DNA of 63,393 bases, the filler included, from Lenisia limosa (taxonomy: Eukaryota; Protista; Breviatea), in the NCBI GenBank assembly GCA_001655205.1. It is 12 parts of 12 records of this genome, joined end to end, with 100 filler letters (N's around TTAATTAATTAA, not from the genome) between each part and the next. Parts side by side here need not be neighbours in the genome. Positions count along the whole stretch, not along the records: positions 35,742 to 39,133 come from LPNZ01009897.1; positions 39,234 to 43,484 come from LPNZ01003111.1; positions 43,585 to 44,641 come from LPNZ01011351.1; positions 44,742 to 47,565 come from LPNZ01007606.1; 8 more parts are not named here. One strand, given 5' to 3'. Below, one piece after another: positions 35,917 through 46,680 of this stretch. The number at the start of each line of letters is the position of its first letter. Within the stretch, counting starts at the first letter, position 1. The notes below the pieces were generated by a model. It saw nothing but the letters and a program-made list of their open reading frames with translations. It was not told where the DNA came from and searched no databases. Made by a program: the position numbers and the translations under genes.

Positions 35917-38905
35917 CTATAGTTGGGGTGGGAGAACTTGGCATCACAAGCTTCACAGCTCCACTGGCCCCCCTCCTCAATTGCTCGCTTCTGACAGGCA
36001 CGTCCGTCTTCCTTCACCTTTTGACTACACAGTGACCAAAATATCGCCAAAATTTCGTTATGATATTATTAGGGAAAACATTATTTAGTACATAGCAATG
36101 AGAAATAAAAATAAGGTTGTATCTGGCCGAGGCCGTCAACACCTTCACGTTTAAAGGAGTTATTGGATTATAGTATTAATTCACCCAATCATTTGCCTTA
36201 CAACTCTGTGCACACAGCTTTCTGCGTGCTTCCCCAGCAAGCAAAACATTTGAACATTTGGGAGTAATATGGAAAGACAATAGCCTCCCCGAACCTGTTA
36301 CAAGCGGGGTAGTAGAGCTTGGCGTCCTCATCGTGCTTGCAGAAGGTAATGAACACACGCGCGCTGAAATAAGTCTACAGCGGTAAACTAGGGCTTAAAT
36401 AGGTCTCAAATATTCTTGTTTTTTTGAACCATACTTAGGGCTTCTCTTCGGTTCGAAAAAAGACTGAATTTCTCGATACCGAAGTGAAACCCTAACCATA
36501 CTGTACCCCCCTCCCCCCACTCTTTTTCGACTGTAACAACAAAGAAAACAGCAAGACAAAACATCATAATATCAGACTACACGTAAAATATATGAAATAG
36601 TACAAATTTCCTTAGGTACCCCCCTAACGGGCTTGTCTTCCACGTTCTGTCCGAAGTTGCCGAAGTTGATGTACTCGAGAGGCTTGCGGTAATCCACTCC
36701 TCCAACAGCTCCCCCGCCGCCTGAAATGTTAACCCATATCCACTAGTGATATGATCATATGACCGACTTTCAAGTAGAAATGATGAACGAAGATAACAAG
36801 AGGGTTCATCCCGAGTGTATCAGAGTATCACTGAAACTTATCGGTCAATTATCATACGAGTGGATATGAGGTATCATTATCACTGCGTGGAAAATGATAG
36901 TTCACACGTGTGAAAATGATCCAAAAAATGAAATATTGAGCAGCAGGGAGTAAAACAGGAAATATGAAACAACACCCAAATAACTTGGGTGAACCAGGAA
37001 ATGTCAAGCTTTGGAGAGAGAAAGGCACAAAAAGTAATTGCATAGCATTGTGCCTACCAGTTGAGAGGGATACGGCTTGGATCTGTCCGTTCTGGGAATC
37101 GTACCTATGTTGTCATTATTAAGAAATGAAAGAAAAAAAAGAGAAAAAAACATTATAAAGAAAAGAAAAAAAAAAANNNNNNNNNNNNNNNNNNNNNNNN
37201 NNNNNNNNNNNNNNNNNNNNNNNNNNNNNNNNNNNNNNNNNNNNNNNNNNNNNNNNNNNNNNNNNNNNNNNNNNNNNNNNNNNNNNNNNNNNNNNNNNNN
37301 NNNNNNNNNNTTTTTCGGCCGCTAAAGACACTGATCAAAATCATCAGAATTTCGGACGCGGAAGACCCTCCACCAATACACCACGGACCAGCTTCTTAGC
37401 TTGATGCCCTCGGGAGTAGTCGGTTCAATGACAAGGATCGAGTCAAATGAGCAGGACAGAGAGGTACCGCCAAAGTCAGACTGAGGGGGGGGGGGGGNNN
37501 NNNNNNNNNNNNNNNNNNNNNNNNNNNNNNNNNNNNNNNNNNNNNNNNNNNNNNNNNNNNNNNNNNNNNNNNNNNNNNNNNNNNNNNNNNNNNNNNNNNN
37601 NNNNNNNNNNNNNNNNNNNNNNNNNNNNNNNNNNNNNNNNNNNNNNNNNNNNNNGAGGGTTGATAACAACAGGGAGAGTAAAACGAAGGAATTTCTAAGG
37701 CCTTCGGTCCCAAAAAGACTGGCACACTATCGTTGAGGATTTATTGAGAAAAACGAAGGCAACTTCAAGATGTGATTTCTTGTTTGAGTAATAGCAATCT
37801 TAATTATGTAATCTCTGACCCCCACCCCCATACCACTTTAGCATCCTTAACAGCGATGACGGGATTGGCGACAGGAGCATTGAACGTCTCAGCGTCTTTG
37901 CCCCAAAGTGTAATACGAACCGAAGCATTGGTTTCGTCAACTAGCTCAAGATTACGGCGGAAGGATTCTGGGGGGGGGGNNNNNNNNNNNNNNNNNNNNN
38001 NNNNNNNNNNNNNNNNNNNNNNNNNNNNNNNNNNNNNNNNNNNNNNNNNNNNNNNNNNNNNNNNNNNNNNNNNNNNNNNNNNNNNNNNNNNNNNNNNNNN
38101 NNNNNNTCTTGACCGATTTTCCTTGTGAAATCACATAGCAAATCGGTCAAAGACTTATCCTGATTACTCAAATATAAAATTCGATGACCCCCCCCCCCAT
38201 CCTGAATGGCTGACAATGCTGCCAAGTATTCATAGTTTTGTTAGAAACGTGAATTGATTCCCTCGCATCCCCCCATAATGAATGACTGACAGAACCGCTT
38301 TCGTACAGAAAAATATTTTTTAATTTTGTTTATAAAAAAACCACTTTTATCACTTTTTGTTTTTAAACGACAGACACTGCCACCCCCTTTCCTCCTCCCC
38401 CCGANNNNNNNNNNNNNNNNNNNNNNNNNNNNNNNNNNNNNATTTTTTATTTCTCATTGCTATATTACCCCCCGCCCCCCACCTTTGCCAGCACGGGTGG
38501 TGAAGGCGGTCACATCACCAACGTTAGTACAGACGCCAATCACGTCAATGATCTAGGGGAGTAAAATTGGACAATAAAACTGAAAGGGTAGAGGACTGTC
38601 GTGAGGCAATCTTAAAGAGCCACCCCATTTTTAGTATTGACCTCGTAATATATTCTAGTTATGTCCTTATTCTTTTAGGTTGACCGAAAAACGTCATATT
38701 TATAAAACTTTGATCAGCTGAACGTTCAAAGCTGGCTGCCTATTAAGCCCAGGTTTGATCTAAGATTAGCTTCGTTCCTTCAACATTTGTGAGTCTATTC
38801 TCAACGCTAGTGAAATCAGTTCCGCTATTATTTGACCAAAAGATGATATCTTACCTGGTTGGCTGCGTATTCGGAGAGCTTTTGGATGGGGATAAATCTG
38901 AAGGA
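35917..38905 (-). CDS. RPA1: Replication protein A 70 kDa subunit, internal part
   Basis: IIDVIGVCTNVGDV, FRRNLELVDETNASVRITLWGKDAETF...PVIAVKDAKV-SDFGGTSLS...PEGIKLRSW, NFGQNVEDKP-TYFSARVFITF and LYYPACN...RACQKRAIEEGGQWSCEACDAKFSHPNY (C4 zinc ribbon). Confidence 0.92.
36094..36240 (-). repeat. Family D full-length copy in an RPA1 intron
   Basis: ATAGCAATGAGAAATAAAAATAAGGTTGTATCTGGCCGAGGCCGTC...TTCTGCGTGCTTCCCCAGCA. Confidence 0.88.
36436..36494. mobile_element. 59-bp hAT-type MITE (family A) with 8-bp target-site duplication
   Basis: TIRs TAGGGCTTCTCTTCGGT / ACCGAAGTGAAACCCTA flanked by a direct repeat ACCATACT (36428-36435 and 36495-36502). Confidence 0.88.
36724..36935 (-). repeat. Family E copy 3, ending next to an RPA1 acceptor
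   Basis: The sense strand reads ...CACTAGTGGGATATGGGTTAACATTTCAG|GCGGCG. Confidence 0.9.
38107..38165. mobile_element. Tc1/mariner-type MITE family F; further pieces at about 28155, 41048, 58488, 59512 and 61125
   Basis: Palindromic core TCTTGACCGATTTTCCTTG...GCAAATCGGTCAAGACTTATCC. Termini TA-CAGTGAC(C/T)GGGATAA are visible at about 41048 and, inverted, at about 58555. Confidence 0.75.
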
Positions 38906-38929
38906 ATAAATTGGACAGTGCTAATGAGC

Positions 38930-39062
38930 TTGATAAGGATAAAGTGGACAGTGCTATGAGCTTGATAAGGATAAAGTGGACAGTACTATGAGCTTGATAA
39001 GGATAAAGTGGACGGTGCTATGAGCTTATATAAAGTGGACAGTGCTATGAGCTTGATAAGGA
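38930..39062. repeat. 32-bp tandem minisatellite (about 4-5 units)
   Basis: GATAAAGTGGACAGTGCTATGAGCTTGATAAG repeated head to tail without spacers. Confidence 0.9.
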
Positions 39063-39749
39063 ATGATGTGTGGCTGAAACCAAAACAACTAAAAGGGATT
39101 GTAACGAAAGAACAATGAAAAAAAAAAAAAAAANNNNNNNNNNNNNNNNNNNNNNNNNNNNNNNNNNNNNNNNNNNNTTAATTAATTAANNNNNNNNNNN
39201 NNNNNNNNNNNNNNNNNNNNNNNNNNNNNNNNNTTATATTCCTTTCCAAGAGGGAGTGTGGTTCAAGTTGAATAAAGCAGTCGTATTAAGGGCGGGAATC
39301 CAATATATACATCTAGTATATATGTAAGTTTTTTGGCCTGACCCCATGACCCAATGAAAAAAAGCGTGATTAAAAGCGTGATTTTAGGCCTCAGGCCCCA
39401 TGACCCCATGAAGATATATATTATAGCTATATATAGATCATGTATATATTTTGAAAATTTTATGCCAAATTCCCCATCTTCGTTTTTCCATTGAATTTTT
39501 TAAAAAAAAACATGTATTCAAACTTTTTTAGCATTTTCGGTATATTGTCGCACACAAGGAAAATCAACCTTTTTTTTTGAAAGTTAAAATACTGTTGAGA
39601 ACAATATTATTTTGTGCCCAGTTGAAAATACTGAACTTTTTATAACTTTTTTTTTCAAAATATTAAAAAATAGTCAAAATAAAATATCTACGATGCATCT
39701 ATATCTTACCCACGGTCCTGGTAAAACATATATATTTATATCATATATA

Positions 39750-40718
39750 CAGTGCGTGAGATGGCACTAAGTAGTTTTATATAACTTGTCGCAATTTTAT
39801 TCATTTTGAGTGAAAAAACGCATTTTGCACAAAAAAAGTTTTACATTTTACGACCACGGCTTGCAAATGTGATAATTGACAGGTTATTTAATCTCTGGCC
39901 AAAATAAATAGAATGTATATTTGAAAATATTGGAAATAGGCAGTACAAATCCAAAAAAACTAATATTTGGTGGGGCACCATTTGAGTTAATAATGGTATG
40001 GCGACGACGTGGCATGGAGTCGATTAGATCTTTAATTGCAAATGAAGGTATTTTAGACCAGGCATCTTCCAATTTTTTTGTCATATCAGCTTCGGAGGTC
40101 ACCAGATTCGCCCAATTTTGTATCAAGTAGATATCATGCATGCTCAGTGTTCAAATCTGGACACTGTGCAGGCCATCAGTTCATATTGGTCATTGTCAAA
40201 AATATATGATATATTTTACACAGCTAAACAGTTAGAATACGGAATTAAAAAGCGGATTTAAAGTGGCAACGATATAAAATACACGGAACTTACTTTTGCC
40301 GGGTCGCTATCCTGTTGAAACATTGATTTTTTAATTGGCACATGCAAAACTGCACATTTCAACTTTCATGAAACCCTATCATTTTGATATATCACGCCCC
40401 AAATAGTTCATAAAATGTTCAAAATACAGTCTCAAAAAACTTTTAGGACTTATAACGTAAAAATGCTCAAGAATATTAGGAAGTGTTTCGTAAAAATAAC
40501 GATATCTTTTAACGTGCAGTTAGTAGTTGTGAAAAATCATCAAGTTTAGCTGTTTTTTTGTTTTTTTTTTAAAGATAAACTTGCCTTATATGGAAAAATG
40601 AACTGAATTGTGAAAAATCTAAAATGTAAAACTTTTTTGTGCAAAATGCCGTTTTTTTCACTCAAAATGAATTAAATTGGGAAAAGTTTTTTTAAACAAA
40701 CTTAGTGCCATTACTTAT
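39750..40718 (-). mobile_element. Tc1/mariner internally deleted relic with about 100-bp TIRs and a transposase C-terminal remnant
   Basis: The left end is TA-CAGTG, and the TIR ATGGCACTAAGT...TTCATTTTGAGTGAAAAAA-CG-CATTTTGCACAAAAAA recurs inverted at 40620-40715. ORF 39884-40141 gives KKLEDAWSKIPSFAIKDLIDSMPRRRHTIINSNG, the Tc1 W..I....I..LI.SMPRR motif. Confidence 0.82.
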
Positions 40719-41857
40719 NNNNNNNNNNNNNNNNNNNNNNNNNNNNNNNNNNNNNNNNNNNNNNNNNNNNNNNNNNNNNNNNNNNNNATAGTAATATTAC
40801 ATACGATATTACCTTATATGACTCCACCATCTATTGGATTATTACAGTTAGAGCTTTCCTATGGTCCCAAATCTGACTGAATTTGTGGATAAATGTTTGA
40901 TTAATATCGAAATATTGGCTTTTTTGGAACCTATCTTAGGGATACCTAAAATGGTGAGCATGGTATGTCACATCGTGCTTATTAGGTAAATAATATCAAA
41001 ACAACGCATTAACTTAGGATTCCCATGTTGTTTGGCAATACCATACATACAGTGACTGGGATAAATAAGTCTTGACCGTTTTTTTTTGAGGGGAATCCAA
41101 GAGCAAATCTGTCAGGTTTTATCATGGCCACTCAGATTACTATGTAAAATGGGAATCCCAACAGCAAAAAAAGATTCCCACAGCCATGCGCTATTCTATT
41201 TGTCTATTTGAAGTAATCTATTAAAACCAGTGCACACAGTAATACTACCCATTGTCTGAGAAACACCACATTGGATGAACTGTTTCCTCTCCCTGTTCAT
41301 TTCAATGGCGCCTATGCGTTTTGGTTTTTGAAATACTGTGACTGTCACGGATATCAAATTCAAATACCAAATAGGTCAAACACAGCGAACAACCAAAGAA
41401 AAACAGTTGATTATTTAGTCCTACTGAATAAATAACAAAATAGCCTGCTGAATTCCGGAATCGTCTGTTGTGCACACATCGAACCGACCAAACGCATGGG
41501 GATAGGGATGGATTACACTGCTACACTGCTTCTTTTCATACATAACATTAACGAACCGAATACCTGAAAGAGGCGAATTGGAGGACAAAACATAAATTAT
41601 CCATAAATGTATATAACACTGGTCCATCTTTTTATAGAGTCTCGGATTATTTTGGGAATTGCTTGTGTAACTCGGAAGTACTATTAAACACTGCTAAATC
41701 TCCTAGTGAACTTACTTTAGCGATAAATGGCACCATTTTGATTTTGCCGACAGAATTCTGACTCTTTCTCAGTGTTGAGTTTCTATCTGCAGAAACCAAG
41801 CTGGTAACTCGCTGATAGTGACACAATTCACCATACAAACTTGAAACATCATCAATA

Positions 41858-43200
41858 ATGTCGAAAACGGACGAACAAATCTTGCAAAGTGTAAGATTGT
41901 CTCAATCTGTGCCCATCTTCTCTGAGTGGGTCTCAATTCGAAATGTTGAATCAAGGCATAACACAGGACTTGAGGTAAGGTTAAGTTTTTGGTCTTTTTT
42001 GTCCCTATTGCCTGCTAATGGTCTCAGGTTGGCTTTTTAGATAAACATCTGGAAAGCTATCGTGTTTCCGGGCGAGGAGAACTTGTTTGGTGGCTTCTGA
42101 AGGTCGGTGTACCTTTTGACTTTTTTATTCATGAGGTTTATAGCTTGCTGAGTTCTACTCTTTGCCGTCTGAGGTTGTCTATCTTACTGTAAACTATTTC
42201 GATAGGTTTGGGGGACTTTGTTGATTTGTTTGTTTTCATCTTAGGAAACAACGTATAGCGCCTTTATGATGCTTGGCTACTTTTAAACTCTGTAAAACTA
42301 CACCATTAAAGGGATTATCTTCATGATTGCCCTCAACGAGATAGTCAAAATTCAACTTCACGACTATGTCGTTTTAATCTCCTTAGGATTCTTCTGAAGA
42401 TGCAGTTAACTCCTCCTGAAGCTCAGACTGTCGCTTTGGTGTCCTTAATTATCGCAAGCAAAGTGTGGCTTCCTAAAGGTCTCCCATCACGAACTGCGGC
42501 CAAATGTCTCGGGGGAGATTCGACCACTACAAGCTGTAAGGCGGGGAATACCGAAAAACTTCTTCTTTGAAGGGCTATCTAAGCCAACTTTTGTCAGCTG
42601 GATTTTCCCGTCGTCAAAGCTGGCAAGCTCCTCAGTTAAGGCATTCTTTTGCGTTGTTTGAATTAAATCGAGTGCTTTTCTTTCTATTCTCCTCTTCCAA
42701 ATGTCTTTCGGGTTGAATTTCTTCTACCGTTTTCCCCTCCTCTTTATTGACGCTTCAGTGTTGATCAAAACGGAGTATCAAATTCTTACCGAGCTGAACT
42801 GGTCTGTTGTCGTGCCTCCTCCTCATATCTTCGTAAGCAATTGGGTTTCTGGCCGAACGATCATGTCACCTTTTCCTTCTCTCTCAAGTTTCCACCTAAA
42901 TCTTCACCTTTCTCTGCCGCCTTTTGAATTTGGATCATCACTATGGTTTTGGGGCTATGGAGGGGATGTGCTTTTGGTTTTGTCAATTCAATTCCCCGAA
43001 TTGTTCTCCGTGGGATCTCCTATCTGCCCAACCCCAGGCTTTTTTCTACGTATGTACAAGTTTTCATCACATACTTTGGAGTGATAATAATTTACTCACT
43101 TTGATTATTGCCGTATTACAGACTTTTTTTTCCATTGACAAAGATGCACATTGTTTACCCCTGTCCAATATTCTTCATCGAAATATCCTTTGTTTTCAAC
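41858..43200 (+). CDS. Cyclin-box protein; 3' end uncertain
   Basis: Spliced GRGELVWWLLK-VYSLLSSTLLPSEVVYLTVNYFDR-ILLKMQLTPPEAQTVALVSLIIASK...LIKTEYQILTELNWSVVVPPPHIF matches the cyclin N-terminal fold. Confidence 0.8.
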
Positions 43201-43340
43201 CGCTGGAGTGATGGGATGGTGCTGCAGAAGCGACTGGCCAGGCTTTGTTTGTTTTGTTGTTACCAACCCTTGTGTGTTGGCAGCCAACAGAGTTGATTTG
43301 GGATTTTTTTGTCACATAAATTTTCCAATTTTACTCCCCC
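43201..43340 (+). repeat. Family B, only gap-free copy
   Basis: CGCTGGAGTGATGGGATGGTGCTGCAGAAGCGACTGGCCAGGCTTTGTTTG...GTTGGCAGCCAACAGAGTTGATTTGGG...TAAATTTTCCAATTTTACTCCCCC. Confidence 0.88.
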
Positions 43341-43584
43341 ATTACCTTCCTTGTTTAATCATTAATTGTAACTTCCAATCCGCATCCCCAAGTTTAAACT
43401 GGTTCGTAACGGTTTGATACTTTGTGTCATCTCATTCCTCTCTTTTGTCTAGTAATTCAACAAAAGTAGTTTACCCCCCCCCCCNNNNNNNNNNNNNNNN
43501 NNNNNNNNNNNNNNNNNNNNNNNNNNNNTTAATTAATTAANNNNNNNNNNNNNNNNNNNNNNNNNNNNNNNNNNNNNNNNNNNN

Positions 43585-43687
43585 CAAGATCACTCATTGA
43601 CCAATTCACAAGCTTGTCTTTGCTGTAGTTCTTAATGATACGCTTCAGGTGCTTTTGAAGCGCCCATTGAATGATTCGGTCTTTCAT
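43585..43687 (-). CDS. First exon of a BLTP3/UHRF1BP1 or VPS13-like chorein-N lipid transfer protein
   Basis: MKDRIIQWALQKHLKRIIKNYSKDKLVNWSMSDL resembles the BLTP3 N-terminus (IIKKQILKHLSRFTKNLSPDKINL). Truncated by the linker. Confidence 0.55.
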
Positions 43688-43914
43688 TGTAGAGTTATAC
43701 GGTAAAGTGACTCAAGAATCAAATTACCGTTTCCCGTGAAATTACATACTATACAACTAAAATATGATGGTATAGAGTCAATATAGAGTTCTCTGGCGGC
43801 AACCTGGCGTCTCCCAAGCGGCTATGTCCAGCGCTTTGTCAAAATGTACCCCCATGTTCATAAACATTAAAAACAAAAATCGCAAGTGAGAGAGCCCTTC
43901 TGCCCTCTCTAAAG

Positions 43915-44641
43915 ATGATAACATATATAAACGCAATAGTAGTCTTGATGATGATATTCATGGGTGTTAGCTCAGCATTTCAGATAAATACCCTTGGAGA
44001 CACAGAGGTTGGATCTCTCAAGGCTGATGATGTATCAACACCTTCCATCCCCTCTCTTAATGCCTTAAATGTCAAAATTAACGAGGTAAGCAGGGAAGTG
44101 GCTTTTTGGTAATGGTGTTTGTAAACGGACCTAGAACTTATTCGGAGCTCTGAAGCTTGTATCCCCAAAGCCCCAACTTTGATATACAATTGTTCAAGGA
44201 TAAATATACATCAAATAAAGTTTTTCATCGTATCTGGTTGAATGACAGAGGAACGGGGGCAGGGGCTGGAGATAAATCAAGTGATGATATTTTTAGAGGT
44301 TCATTTATTCATGTTTTTAGATGGCAGAACAGCTTGAAGAGTTTACAACGCGTTTGTGATTTGATATGCGATTATATATGAAGAGGGCAAATGTTGTTAT
44401 GTCGTATTCAAAATCAATAAACCTTCTCAGTCCCCATTTACGAATATATTGATTCCATGACTGCACTGAATCAATACGTATCTGACCACTTAGCTGCATG
44501 TGATCAGTTGCCTGCTACCAATGGACTAAAGAAGGATCACACTCAGTTCAGAAACATTTATTGCTACCATGCTCTTGGAGGTATGTTGCAATGTAACCAC
44601 GTCGAAACCGGTTACAGAGATTGTTCCATAATGCGTAGATG
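43915..44641 (+). CDS. Hypothetical secreted protein (signal peptide), partial
   Basis: MITYINAIVVLMMIFMGVSSA has a hydrophobic signal with an A-x-A-like end, and there is a GTAAGC donor at 44086. Later open segments are DKYTSNKVFHRIWLNDRGTGAG and ACDQLPATNG...YCYHALG. Confidence 0.45.
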
Positions 44642-44741
44642 NNNNNNNNNNNNNNNNNNNNNNNNNNNNNNNNNNNNNNNNNNNNTTAATTAATTAANNN
44701 NNNNNNNNNNNNNNNNNNNNNNNNNNNNNNNNNNNNNNNNN

Positions 44742-46680
44742 GATGTGTCATTCTTCACGGACCTTTCCACAACAAATCGAGATTGGCCTTCCTCGCAGCT
44801 AAGGCGCTGAATATGCGGTGCTTCCCTGTGCAAGGAGCGGGTAGGATGGGACTTTTTAATGTAGAATGTGACTTGTTACTGTCAGGACAAATCTTAACTT
44901 TTTGAACCTCTGTAATTTAAGTTCTATTTTTAATATTTATCTTTGAAAATAATGTGGTACTTGATTTGCATTAATTTGATCATCTTAATCACTTGTTAAA
45001 TTTATCATAGATATGTGTTCATTTGTCACCCCACCCCNNNNNNNNNNNNNNNNNNNNNNNNNNNNNNNNNNNNNNNNNNNNNNNNNNNNNNNNNNNNTGT
45101 AAATTTGCCTTCATCTACATCAATCCCCCTTCACTCTCTAAATAAAAACCCTCAGTTTAATAAATTTTCTAATGTTACTTCCCCCCCCCCCTCACCATTT
45201 TAGGGCACACTGTACTACATTACTGATCTCACGATACCAGGCGAGGCCCTCCTAGCAGCCGGAAAGGGAGCCTCCACATGTCTCACCTTGGACGTAGCCA
45301 ATTGCTCACCTCATGTCGTCTCGGCCATTATCGCTGCTAAATTGTTGGCAGAAGGATAGGGTGTCATTGAAATTTTTTTCCCTGCTTCTCGGAAAGACTG
45401 TTTCGTTCATATATTTTAAAATTTTGAAGTTTGAATTTATTGAAACGAAAACCCATTTCAGACACTTTAGTTTTAATGTTGTCATTTATTTTTTTCACAC
45501 TATCAATTGCACTGAATACCTAGGAATCATTTGTGAACCCCTCTCATCGTTTTAGTACTGCCTCCCTCCCCGTTAGCGACAAAATGACCTTGGAGAAACT
45601 GTTAAGAGCTCCCATTCGGAAAGCTCTTGGTGGGAGTGGGCTTCATTTCTATTTTGAAAAAATACTTCTATCATACCTCTCACCTTTACCATGTTCAGAT
45701 ATCACTGACACTCTCCAGACCAAATGTTGTATTCTATTTGCCATATAAGACCTCTTCTCCCCTTCTCTTCATAGTTTTATTTTACTCCTCTTCACACCCC
45801 CCTCATCCGCACGAAAAGAAAAGACCCAAAAATCCGACTTAAGAATTTTGTCTGGTCCCTACCTCCCTTAGGATCTCACTTTCACCCTTCTCGACCGTGT
45901 CCCCTAATGATTCAAAACAGTAGCAGACCTTTTAGCCAATCCCCTCNNNNNNNNNNNNNNNNNNNNNNNNNNNNNNNNNNNNNNNNNNNNNNNNNNNNNN
46001 NNNNNNNNNNACCCGGTCTACTTCGGGCCAACTGACATCTTCCGCACTAATCTCCAGTCTCACCTCCACTTGGCACTGATCCTGCCCCAGGATTATTTAT
46101 TGCAGCCTAAACTGCCTTCGAGGCTGACTGCTTGTAAGAACGTCACGATTTTTAGAATATAATTCTTTTTGTTCTAAAAGCGTAATTATTTTCATCCGTG
46201 AAAATGTTGTCTCATTTTATGGGTTTTTAGTTTTGAATGGACTATCTTTATTTCACCTTCCCCAGCCTCGAAATTCGTTGCCGCTCCAATAATCACTTCG
46301 AATCTGTCATCAATCGAGTGGGGTTACTTTATGTTCTTTGGCCATCGTCCCACACAACACATTCCATATTACATCCTATACTGATTCCATTTGAGATTCT
46401 CTTCCACCACCACCCCTCTCTTATTAATATACTCATTTCTCTACAGATATCCGCCTAGTCGCCCCTCATTGATCCCGGTGATCGGCCATGCCTCAGCTGT
46501 TCACATTCCAAGCCCTGGTCTTGGTGAAGTCCAGGCACTTCTTCTCAAAATGGCCAAGTTGGATTGGATTACTGTCGTCTATCTTTGTATTGACATATCA
46601 TATCTGCTTCTCTAAAGGATAGCTTCAACTCTCTTGCGAACATCACTAAACATTTCCTGCACTTCATTTGCAGACTTTAA
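44742..46680 (+). CDS. AAA+/clamp-loader-like protein fragment with degenerate P-loop
   Basis: CVILHGPFHNKSRLAFLAAKALNM resembles a Walker A region. Other exons give LEIRCRSNNHFESVINR and AVHIPSPGLGEVQALLLKMAK. Confidence 0.35.

Noticed and set aside
38930-39062. 32-bp repeats as a CRISPR array
   Set aside because: Units are head to tail with no unique spacers, there are no cas genes, and the context is eukaryotic.
43183-43191. ATATCCTTT as a U12 AT-AC donor
   Set aside because: It is a single match with no convincing TCCTTAAC branch site or AC acceptor, and a cyclin-like frame (FFIEISF) reads through it.
44310-44490. TGA-as-Trp recoding suggested by several in-frame TGAs
   Set aside because: Conserved genes in the window translate with the standard code. 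Unresolved introns explain the stops more simply.
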